NCBI GenBank assembly: GCA_900318835.1
Contig: ONLW01000006.1
Location: 12,327-76,326 of the forward strand
Direction: 5' to 3'
DNA length: 64,000 nt
Origin: an uncultured Bacteroidales bacterium
GTDB lineage: Bacteria; Bacteroidota; Bacteroidia; Bacteroidales; P3
Shown piece by piece: positions 45,362 to 53,231 of the stretch. How positions within the stretch are numbered: the first letter of the stretch is position 1; each line of letters starts with the position of its first letter. The notes below the pieces were generated by a model that was given only the letters and a program-made list of their open reading frames with translations, did no database searches and had not been told where the DNA came from. The position numbers and the translations under genes are program-made.

Positions 45362-45499
45362 GTGTTTGAGGACGTAAGAACGTCACAAATGGTTGATAAA
45401 TAAGGGAAAAGGTTTCCAGAATACCTTCTAAATTTTGGATTTTGTAATAGTGTTTAATGGAGGAAACGCCCTGCAGTCTAGCGGGGCGTTTCTTTTTTT
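45362..45499 (+). ncRNA. Candidate small RNA of about 135 nt, unknown family
   Basis: Bounded by the orphan promoter and a plus-strand intrinsic terminator. Internal hairpin GACGT-aaga-ACGTC. No ORF longer than 14 codons. Confidence 0.3.
45464..45499 (+). terminator. Intrinsic terminator oriented for the plus strand
   Basis: AAACGCCC-12 nt-GGGCGTTT followed by TCTTTTTTT. On the minus strand the tail is only TTTCCTCC. Confidence 0.7.
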
Positions 45500-45516
45500 A
45501 TGATTTGTAGAGGATG

Positions 45517-46554
45517 TCATTTGTTAAGCATCTCCTCCAGGGGTGAGTGCTCTTGGAAGCGGGTGGACTGGACCATTTTCAAGGCATCCTCATCGGGAAA
45601 GATGGTGAAGTCGGGTTGCGGGTCAAGAAGGAGTATGTCGCGGTTCTCACTGTCCTTGCCGATGCCTTGGATGCAACTGCGAGCCACTGAGATGTGACTC
45701 TTGCGGTTAGCGAGGGCAAAGAGTTCGTCACCAGCGCGGGAAAAGACGGGGTCGTAGCTTTCCTGAGCGGTGAGTTTGGCGCCGTCGCGAAGGAGTATGA
45801 TGGTTTTGGCTTTGCCTTGGGCAGCCATGCAGGCGATGTCGTGGATGGAAACGAAGCGGGGCTCTGGGGTGAGAAGGAGTATCTCGCGGTCGTTCATCAT
45901 GCCGTAGTTCCAGCGCTCTTTGATGATGAGGGTCCCGTCCTCGTAGTACTTGTAGTCACCATGCTTGAGGCCTCCGTTGTAGTTGCCTTCGCGGTTGAGT
46001 TTGCCGTTGTCATCATAGGCTACAAGGCGGCCCTCAAGACCACCATTGACATAGTTTCCGGTAATGTAGCCCTGCTTGCCGATGCGTTTCCACCAGCGAC
46101 CGTTGCGGTGGTTGTTGGTCCAATTGGAGACTTCCGCGGTGTCGCCGTTAGCTTCAAAGATGACATGGCAGCCATCCTTGATACCCATTTTGTAGGAAGC
46201 TTCCTTGACGAGATGACCGTCCTCGGCATAGAAACGCCAAAGACCGTCGCGGTTGCGTTGGCTATATTCGCCGCGGGCAAGAAGATGTCCTTGCTCGTCG
46301 TAAGCTTCATGCATGCAGCGCTTGCCAGGCTCGGAGTATGTGTTGCGGATACGTACGCTGCCGTCGTGGTAGTAGTAGGTGAAGATGCCAGTCTCGAGAC
46401 CATCCACGAAGTCGCCCTCGAAGATTTTGGAACCATCCTTATCGGTGCGAATCCAATGCCCTTGACGGCGACCCTGATTGTCAATTTGATTTTGGGAAAT
46501 GGCGCTGGCGGTAAACATTATGGCCGTGGCAAGGAAAAGAATACTTTTTTTCAT
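45517..46554 (-). CDS. Secreted MORN-repeat-variant protein (YwqK-like repeats)
   Basis: Signal peptide and about 8 repeats of G.W..Y..(N/D)G type (GHWIRTDKDGS, GLWRFYAEDGH, etc.). C-terminal region of about 120 aa is unassigned. Confidence 0.65.
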   Translation of the reverse strand: MKKSILFLATAIMFTASAISQNQIDNQGRRQGHWIRTDKDGSKIFEGDFVDGLETGIFTYYYHDGSVRIRNTYSEPGKRCMHEAYDEQGHLLARGEYSQRNRDGLWRFYAEDGHLVKEASYKMGIKDGCHVIFEANGDTAEVSNWTNNHRNGRWWKRIGKQGYITGNYVNGGLEGRLVAYDDNGKLNREGNYNGGLKHGDYKYYEDGTLIIKERWNYGMMNDREILLLTPEPRFVSIHDIACMAAQGKAKTIILLRDGAKLTAQESYDPVFSRAGDELFALANRKSHISVARSCIQGIGKDSENRDILLLDPQPDFTIFPDEDALKMVQSTRFQEHSPLEEMLNK

Positions 46555-46660
46555 CGGTTGCAGTAGCTATTATATATTATTGTTCTTATTAATTTTAAGT
46601 ATTATGTGACTGAATAACGCAGAATTAGATAAATTATTTTGACAAATGGAAAAAAAGGTG

Positions 46661-46668
46661 TATTTTTG
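46661..46668 (+). promoter_or_regulatory. -7 box (TAttTTTG) for the membrane-protein/ispD pair
   Basis: TTTG at 46638-46641, 19-nt spacer, TATTTTTG. The ATG is 21 nt downstream. Confidence 0.65.
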
Positions 46669-46688
46669 CACGCAAATATAAAGTATAT

Positions 46689-47174
46689 ATGACAACAAAG
46701 GTTAAAACACTGACTCATTTTGCGGTGCTGGATACGTTGCTTGTAGTTGCCGCTTGTTTTGTTCCGGCGGCCTCGCATCTCTTCGCTGCGCCGCTCTATA
46801 TGCTCAATCCCATGCTTGCGTTGATGTTGGCAGGCATCCTGGTGGGGCGCGATTGGCGTAATGCGCTGGCGCTGGCTGTGCTCATGCCGTTGGTCTCATG
46901 TCTGGTAGTTGGGATGCCTACAGCTCCCAAGATGGTCTGCATGATGGGAGAACTGGCCGTTGTAGCGGGATTGTTCCATTTGTTTGAGTATCGCCTGGGT
47001 GCAGTGTTGTCGGTTTTTGCGGCCATTGTGGCTGGCAAGGTGGTCTACTATGCCATGAAGGCCCTCATTTTGGCACCAGCCACCTTGGTGGGCACCGAGT
47101 GGTGGATCCAGCTTATGGCTGTTGCCCTTTGGGGGGGATTGTTCGCAATGGTATACAACAGAGTGAAGAAATGA
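46689..47174 (+). CDS. Polytopic membrane protein of unknown function (ECF S-component-like size and topology)
   Basis: About 5 TM segments over 161 aa. ATGA overlap with the next gene. Confidence 0.4.
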   Translation: MTTKVKTLTHFAVLDTLLVVAACFVPAASHLFAAPLYMLNPMLALMLAGILVGRDWRNALALAVLMPLVSCLVVGMPTAPKMVCMMGELAVVAGLFHLFEYRLGAVLSVFAAIVAGKVVYYAMKALILAPATLVGTEWWIQLMAVALWGGLFAMVYNRVKK

Positions 47175-47911
47175 GAAATATTGCAGTGATACTGGCGGGT
47201 GGTACCGGTAGCCGTATGGGTGGACCGGTACCCAAACAATTTCTGCTTTTGGCCGGACGCACTGTGATAGAGTATTCCATAGATACTTTATGCAACCATC
47301 CGGCAATCGACGAGGTGGCCGTGGTGGTGCATCCCGATTGGCGTGGTCGCATGGAAGAGATTGTTGCCGCAAGTTGCAGGGAGAAGCTTAAAAAGATTAT
47401 CGATGGGGGAAACGAACGTTATATGTCGTCGCTCAACGCCATCATGGCTTATATCGATGAGCCCGACGACACCAACTTGCTGCTGCACGATGCTGCACGC
47501 CCCCTGGTGAGTGTGGATATTATCGACCGTGTGACCACAGCACTTGTACGCCATGAGGCTGTGGGTGTGGCTGTGCCCAGTACAGATACCATCTGGGAGG
47601 TGCATCCGGATTTTGATGCTGTGGAAGTGGGGCGTTTTGTGGCCAGAATTCCCGAACGCCGATTGATGTGGCGGGCCCAGACCCCCCAGGCTTTCCGTTT
47701 GCCCCTGATTCGTGACGCCTACCAGCGCGCCTTGCAAGACCCCCAGTTCCAAGCTACCGACGATTGCGGCGTGGTCCGCAAGTACATGCCCGGCACCAAG
47801 ATAACGGTGGTGGAAGGCAGCGACCGCAATATGAAAGTGACCACCCCGCAGGATGTCGCCATGATGGACAGTTTGTTGATAAAAAATAATTATTCGTCTG
47901 TAAGACAATAA
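47171..47911 (+). CDS. ispD: IspD/TarI-family cytidylyltransferase (2-C-methyl-D-erythritol 4-phosphate cytidylyltransferase-like)
   Basis: Motifs [33 protein letters not shown] and NMKVTTPQD. Start at ATG 47171; the listed start is an upstream GTG. Confidence 0.7.
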   Translation: MRNIAVILAGGTGSRMGGPVPKQFLLLAGRTVIEYSIDTLCNHPAIDEVAVVVHPDWRGRMEEIVAASCREKLKKIIDGGNERYMSSLNAIMAYIDEPDDTNLLLHDAARPLVSVDIIDRVTTALVRHEAVGVAVPSTDTIWEVHPDFDAVEVGRFVARIPERRLMWRAQTPQAFRLPLIRDAYQRALQDPQFQATDDCGVVRKYMPGTKITVVEGSDRNMKVTTPQDVAMMDSLLIKNNYSSVRQ

Positions 47912-47912
47912 T

Positions 47913-48069
47913 ATGGAGAAAAAAAGTATATGTCGGTATGAGTGCCGATATGATCCATCCGGGTCATCCGAATATAATACATGAGGCTTTGAAGCTTGGC
48001 AGTGTCACGGTCGGTGTGTTGACCGACGAGTCTATTGCCAGCTAAAAGCGTTTGCCCTACCTTACCTAA
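47913..48069 (+). pseudogene. Decayed 5' stub of an HxGH-motif cytidylyltransferase-domain gene
   Basis: ATG GAG, then an A7 run causing a +1 shift. The shifted frame reads [48 protein letters not shown]. There is an in-frame TAA at 48043 where homologues, as I recall them, have Tyr. Similarity ends at 48069. Confidence 0.6.
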
Positions 48070-48110
48070 TCAACATTGTGCAATAGAAGTTATAGAAATA
48101 AAATAGAGAT

Positions 48111-48866
48111 ATGAAAGAACCGAAAATAATTGGAGTCATTCCTGCGAGATACCAGTCTTCTCGATTCCCCGGTAAACCGTTGGCTGATGTTTGTGGCAAA
48201 CCCATGATATGGTGGGTGTATCAGCACGCTTCACAGGTGAAGTATTTTAACGAGTTATATGTCGCTACTGACGACCAGCGCATCTATGATGCTTGTGTTG
48301 CTAATGACATGAAGTGTATCATGACTTCTACCAGTCATCGTACTGGTACTGATCGTATAGGTGAGGTGGCAGAAAAAATTCCTGCTGACCTCTATGTGAA
48401 CATTCAGGGTGACGAACCCCTGATGGAACCGGAGGTGATGGAAAAGGCTATCCTTCCGTTCTTTGATAATCCAGAGCTTCAGGTATCAAACCTGATGACC
48501 AAGATTAACGATCCTGTGGATGTGGTTAATTTCACCGTTCCCAAGGTTATTACCAACAAGGAAGGTATTGGTATTTATCTGACACGCTCTACGGCTCCTT
48601 ATCCCAAGGGCAGTATTGACTATGCTTACTACAAGCAAGTATGCGTGTACGGTTTCACTCCTGCCGCATTGAAGTTCTACTGTGACTATGGTAAGAAGTA
48701 CGGCAAGGCCAAGATTGAAGCCATTGAAGATATTGAGATTCTCCGCTTCATCGAGAACGGCTACAAGGTACAGTACATTGAAGTGGATAGTGAGACCGTG
48801 GCGGTTGATACGCCCAACGATTTAAAGAAGGTTAATGAGATAATGGCAGCCAAGCTGCAGAAATAA
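48111..48866 (+). CDS. kdsB: KdsB-family 3-deoxy-manno-octulosonate (ulosonic acid) cytidylyltransferase
   Basis: IGVIPARYQSSRFPGKPLADVCGKPMI, HRTGTDR and VNIQGDEPLM motifs. Sugar specificity not determinable. Confidence 0.75.
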   Translation: MKEPKIIGVIPARYQSSRFPGKPLADVCGKPMIWWVYQHASQVKYFNELYVATDDQRIYDACVANDMKCIMTSTSHRTGTDRIGEVAEKIPADLYVNIQGDEPLMEPEVMEKAILPFFDNPELQVSNLMTKINDPVDVVNFTVPKVITNKEGIGIYLTRSTAPYPKGSIDYAYYKQVCVYGFTPAALKFYCDYGKKYGKAKIEAIEDIEILRFIENGYKVQYIEVDSETVAVDTPNDLKKVNEIMAAKLQK

Positions 48867-48870
48867 AGCT

Positions 48871-50406
48871 ATGCAAATACTGGATTGCACATTGAGGGAC
48901 GGTGGTTATTACACCAACTGGGACTTCAATGCACAGGTTGTGGACGCTTATATAAGCGCCATGAAGGGACTACCGATTGACTACCTTGAACTGGGTTACC
49001 GGAATAACCCTTTGAAGGAGTATAACGGAAAGTTTGGCTATTGCCCGCTTTCCGTGCTGAAACATATTCGTGAAAACTCCAAGCAGAAACTGGCCGTAAT
49101 GCTCAATGAGAAGAGTACCAAACCAGAGGATTTGGACAAACTCATTGCGCCATTGAAAGGTGTAGTGGATATGATCCGTATGGCGGTTGACCCTAAAAAT
49201 CTTGAGCGTGCTGCTGTTTTGGCTGAGAAGGTAAAGGAGTACAGTTTCGAAGTGGCTTTCAATGTGATGTACGTGTCCAAGTGGGACCAGTATGAAGGCC
49301 TGTTTGAAAAGCTTCCTCGCTTGAATGGTACTGTGAAGATTTTTAATATGGTTGACTCCTATGGTAGCGTAACTCCGGAGGAAGTAAAAGCCATCATTGA
49401 GAAAATAAAGAAGTATCTTACCTGCCAAATTGGTTTCCACGGTCACAATAATCTTCAGTTGGGTCTCATTAACACACTAACCGCCATTGAATGTGGTGTT
49501 GACAGTGTGGATGCAACCATCCTGGGTATGGGTCGTGGTGCCGGCAACTTGAACATGGAACTGCTGCTGACATTTCTTAACAAGCACAAAGGTCTCAAAG
49601 TAAACTTCAATGAGTTAGGTGATGCTATTCAGGCGTTCACACCGCTTTATGAGAAGTACCGTTGGGGAACCAGTCTGCCGTACATGATTTCTGGGGCGAA
49701 CTCCTTCCCTCAAAAGGAGGTGATGGATTGGGTAAGTAACCGTGTTTATTCTTTCAACAGTATTGTTCGTGCGCTTGACAACAAGAAGGACAAGAAAGAA
49801 GACAACGCCAAGTATCCTGTTTTAGAAGTCACTAAGAAGTACAAACAAGTTTTGGTAATTGGTGGCGGTAACACAGTTGCTGAACATGTGGAGGCTATTC
49901 ACGAGTATCTGGATAAGAATCCTGATACGGCTATTGTGCTTTCTACTGCCCGTCATGCCAAACTGTTCCTGGGCCGCAAAGAGCCTGTGTTCTACTGCTT
50001 GGTTGGTAATGAAGGTCATCGCTTGACAGCAAATGTGGGTAAAGCAAAGTATAATGGAACTTGCATCCTTCCTCCTTATCCTCGTACTATGGGAACAGAG
50101 GTGCCGGAGTATGCAGAATCCAGCACATTTGAACTGAAGGAGATTTCCTTTATTGATAACTACAAAGATTCTGTAACTACCATTGCTATCCAGTTGGGCC
50201 TGAACCTGACAGACGGAGAAGTATATCTGGTCGGATATGACGGTTATCCTGGAAGTGTGTTGTCAGAGAAGGAAGTTGCCCTTACGCACGAGAATAATGA
50301 GATTTTCATGGGCTATGCATTGGCTCGTGGTTCTCAGATGAAGTCGCTTACACCGTCTATCTACAGGACGCTGGATGTGACATCTATTTATCAGTTAATT
50401 GACTAA
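48871..50406 (+). CDS. DRE-TIM metallolyase (HMGL-like pyruvate aldolase) fused to an unassigned C-terminal domain of about 200 aa
   Basis: N-terminal LDCTLRDGGY and metal site IGFHGHNN...GMGRGAGN. The C-terminal part has a Rossmann-like VLVIGGGNTV. Confidence 0.6.
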   Translation: MQILDCTLRDGGYYTNWDFNAQVVDAYISAMKGLPIDYLELGYRNNPLKEYNGKFGYCPLSVLKHIRENSKQKLAVMLNEKSTKPEDLDKLIAPLKGVVDMIRMAVDPKNLERAAVLAEKVKEYSFEVAFNVMYVSKWDQYEGLFEKLPRLNGTVKIFNMVDSYGSVTPEEVKAIIEKIKKYLTCQIGFHGHNNLQLGLINTLTAIECGVDSVDATILGMGRGAGNLNMELLLTFLNKHKGLKVNFNELGDAIQAFTPLYEKYRWGTSLPYMISGANSFPQKEVMDWVSNRVYSFNSIVRALDNKKDKKEDNAKYPVLEVTKKYKQVLVIGGGNTVAEHVEAIHEYLDKNPDTAIVLSTARHAKLFLGRKEPVFYCLVGNEGHRLTANVGKAKYNGTCILPPYPRTMGTEVPEYAESSTFELKEISFIDNYKDSVTTIAIQLGLNLTDGEVYLVGYDGYPGSVLSEKEVALTHENNEIFMGYALARGSQMKSLTPSIYRTLDVTSIYQLID

Positions 50407-50407
50407 A

Positions 50408-51442
50408 ATGAAAGTAGTAACCTTTGGTGAGATAATGGTGCGCTTGGGAGCACCCGATTACCTCAAGCTTATTCAAGCGAATAGGTTTGATGTGAGTTAT
50501 GCCGGTGCAGAGGCCAATGTGGCCGTATCACTGGCCAATTATGGTTTGGAAACGGATTACATCACATGCCTTCCGGACAATCCTATTGCAGAACGTTGCA
50601 TAATGGATTTACGTGGGCATAAGGTGGACGTTGACCATATTCAGCGAACCGGTAAACGTATGGGTATTCTCTATCTGGAAACAGGTAGCAACGCCCGTCC
50701 ATCAAAGGTTTACTATGATCGTGAGGATAGTTCCATTGCAACAGTAGCTCCTGGTTCCATTGACTGGAACGAGATTTTGAAGGATGCCACTTGGTTCCAC
50801 TGGACGGGCATTACTCCAGCTCTTTCAGCTAATGCGGCAGCAGAGTGCCTTAAGGCCATCAAGACTGCCAATGACCTGGGAGTAACCGTGAGTTGTGACA
50901 TCAACTACCGTGGAAATCTGTGGAAGTATGGAAAGACTGCTGCTGAAGTGATGCCTGAGATGGTAGCTGGTTCTGACATCATTCTTGGAAATGAAGAAGA
51001 TTGTGAGAAGGTGTTTGGCATCAAGCCTAAAGATTTTGATGCAGCCAAGACCAATGGAAATGTTGACCAAAGCAGTTTCCTGAGTGTTTGCCAGCAGATG
51101 AAGGAGAGATTCCCTCGTTGTAAGAAACTGGTGGTTACGCTCCGTGGTGCCATCAATGCCAACCATAATACTTGGGGTGGTGTGCTTTACAATGGTAAAG
51201 AACTAATAGAGTCCCGTCGCTATGATATTACAGATATTGTAGATAGAGTAGGAGGAGGTGATTCCTTTATGGGTGGACTCATCTTTGGACTGCTCCATTA
51301 TCAGGATGACCGCAAAGCTTTGGAGTTTGCTACAGCAGCAAGTTGTTTGAAGCATACTTTGAAAGGTGATTATAACTGGGTTACCGTCCAAGAGGTGGAG
51401 AACCTGATGGGCGGTGATGCGAGTGGAAGAGTGAAAAGATAG
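50408..51442 (+). CDS. PfkB-family sugar kinase, 2-dehydro-3-deoxygluconokinase-like
   Basis: VVTFGEIMVRL, GAEANVAVSLANYG and VDRVGGGDSFMGGLIFGL motifs. The ATG at 50408 lies 1 nt after the upstream stop; the listed start is TTG 50399. Confidence 0.8.
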   Translation: MKVVTFGEIMVRLGAPDYLKLIQANRFDVSYAGAEANVAVSLANYGLETDYITCLPDNPIAERCIMDLRGHKVDVDHIQRTGKRMGILYLETGSNARPSKVYYDREDSSIATVAPGSIDWNEILKDATWFHWTGITPALSANAAAECLKAIKTANDLGVTVSCDINYRGNLWKYGKTAAEVMPEMVAGSDIILGNEEDCEKVFGIKPKDFDAAKTNGNVDQSSFLSVCQQMKERFPRCKKLVVTLRGAINANHNTWGGVLYNGKELIESRRYDITDIVDRVGGGDSFMGGLIFGLLHYQDDRKALEFATAASCLKHTLKGDYNWVTVQEVENLMGGDASGRVKR

Positions 51443-51598
51443 AAGATTATTAATAAAACGTGACGTTTAAATGCGATAATCTTGAGCGATGGCGGATGAG
51501 GTCTAATGTGAAATGACTGATTATGTTATCCAATAGAACAGCGGGAACGGTGTGGCTCAAGTGTCTGTAAAGTTGAAAAATGAAAACCAACTATAATT

Positions 51599-52660
51599 AT
51601 GGATAGACATTGTAAACAGCAGTTAGAGAAGTTTGGAATGAAAGTGGAGGATGTTACACACGTATGCATCGCGCCCACATTATATCCATTGTTGCAATAT
51701 TTACTGCTTATGGAAGATGATATTGCATTCCGTCATACTTTCTATTTTGTTAATGAACTCATTCCCGAAAAAGTTCGTACACAACTTCCTTGTCAGTGTT
51801 TTAACTATTTTGGGAAAGAATTATCACATAAGCTAAACAGGAGGGTGATAAAACTTAAACTTAGGTTTTTCAAATACGTTGATTTCCCTTTTCTAAAAAC
51901 TGCAGAATTTTTCGCGTATGACCTACCTTATGGTAGTCTTTGCATAGGAAATCATAAATACAATTTGCTTCCAGATGCTCCTAATTGTATGACATTAAAC
52001 TCCCAATACGACAGTGCGGAATACATCCGAATGCAAAATCGTGCGAATTCGTTGATGGGCAAAGTTCAACGTATAGTATATGGCGACCTATTCGTAAATT
52101 ATTTGGGACATAACAGCCAATGCAAAGCAGTATATCTCACAGAAGAGAACACAACACCTGTTTTAAATGGTAAAACTGTAAGTATTCAGACTCTACCTTC
52201 GTTATGGGAAAAATCTTCAAAAAGGAAAAAAGATTTTATTTTAGGACTATTTAATGTAACTGCTACAGATATTACATTATTAAATAGTCGTCCAAATCTT
52301 TTCTTCTCACAGCCTCTATTGAATGATTGTGGTTTAACCGAGTCTGAATACGTAGATATCCTTACGAAAATATTCAATAATTACCCAACCGATAGTTTAA
52401 TAATCAAAACACATCCGAGAGATAAGTTTAATTACACTAAACATTTCCCCAATATATTGGTGTTCTCTAAAGCAATTAGCAGTCAGTTGCTTTATATTAC
52501 AGGGGTGACCCCACAGACAATAATAACTATTTCTTCTACCGCCATTGAAGGGTTTCCTGAGTCAATTGCATGTGACTATTATGGAATTCATATTCATCCA
52601 AAACTGGAACATTTTTTTGGAAATGAATACCGACCAGCGCGAAGTGTAACATATAAATAA
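51599..52660 (+). CDS. Putative glycosyltransferase, GT52-like (sialyltransferase-type HP motif)
   Basis: N-terminal VCIAPTLYPLLQYLLL resembles the GT52 TPLQ block. IIKTHPRDKF is an HP motif. Lowest G+C in the window. Assignment is from memory only. Confidence 0.4.
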   Translation: MDRHCKQQLEKFGMKVEDVTHVCIAPTLYPLLQYLLLMEDDIAFRHTFYFVNELIPEKVRTQLPCQCFNYFGKELSHKLNRRVIKLKLRFFKYVDFPFLKTAEFFAYDLPYGSLCIGNHKYNLLPDAPNCMTLNSQYDSAEYIRMQNRANSLMGKVQRIVYGDLFVNYLGHNSQCKAVYLTEENTTPVLNGKTVSIQTLPSLWEKSSKRKKDFILGLFNVTATDITLLNSRPNLFFSQPLLNDCGLTESEYVDILTKIFNNYPTDSLIIKTHPRDKFNYTKHFPNILVFSKAISSQLLYITGVTPQTIITISSTAIEGFPESIACDYYGIHIHPKLEHFFGNEYRPARSVTYK

Positions 52661-52664
52661 AATT

Positions 52665-53231
52665 ATGCTTTCTAAAATCATTGCCAAGTTAAAATCACTT
52701 TTCCTATATCCTTTTCAATTCAAAAAGTTTGGGAAGAAGAGTAGGATAGACAAGCCGCTGCATATTGACGGTAAAAAGTATATTGAAATATCTGATCGGG
52801 TATATGTACAGCCATATACATGGTTGGCTTGCCAGCCGCTTACAGGATGTAGTAATCCACTCCTTGCCATAAGTAAGGGATCTGTTATCGGAAATTATAA
52901 CCACATATACGCCACACAGAGGATAGTTATCGAAGATCATGTCCTTACCGCAGATAAAGTGTATATCTCAGACAACCTGCACGGTTATGCCAATCCCGAC
53001 ATCCCCATCCTCCAGCAACCTATAAGGCAAATTGGGGAGGTTCGTATCGGAGAAGGTAGCTGGCTTGGCGAAAATGTATGTGTTATCGGGGCTTCTATCG
53101 GGAAGCACTGCACCATTGGTGCAAACTCCGTGGTTACGCATGACATTCCCGACTACTGCGTTGCCGTCGGTTCTCCGGCACGGGTCATCAAACAATACAA
53201 TTTTGAAACCAAACAGTGGGAAAAGAAATGA
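52665..53231 (+). CDS. Hexapeptide-repeat (LbH) O-acetyltransferase
   Basis: Hexapeptide repeats VRIGEGSWLGENVCVIGASIGKHCTIGANSVV and C-terminal VGSPARVIK. Confidence 0.8.
   Translation: MLSKIIAKLKSLFLYPFQFKKFGKKSRIDKPLHIDGKKYIEISDRVYVQPYTWLACQPLTGCSNPLLAISKGSVIGNYNHIYATQRIVIEDHVLTADKVYISDNLHGYANPDIPILQQPIRQIGEVRIGEGSWLGENVCVIGASIGKHCTIGANSVVTHDIPDYCVAVGSPARVIKQYNFETKQWEKK

Noticed and set aside
45694-46566. A 290-aa plus-strand ORF
   Set aside because: It is antisense to the MORN-repeat gene. It has low-complexity composition and no promoter.
47131-47137. Homopolymers inside genes (G7 here, C7 at 58108-58114) as slipped-strand contingency sites
   Set aside because: Both simply encode Trp-Gly-Gly (TGG GGG GGx) in membrane proteins. 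Seven bases is short for efficient slippage, and there is no supporting context.
47919-47925. The A7 tract as a phase-variation switch for the cytidylyltransferase stub
   Set aside because: Even with the frame restored, the ORF carries an in-frame TAA at 48043 and is truncated at 48069. It is a dead remnant, not an ON/OFF gene.
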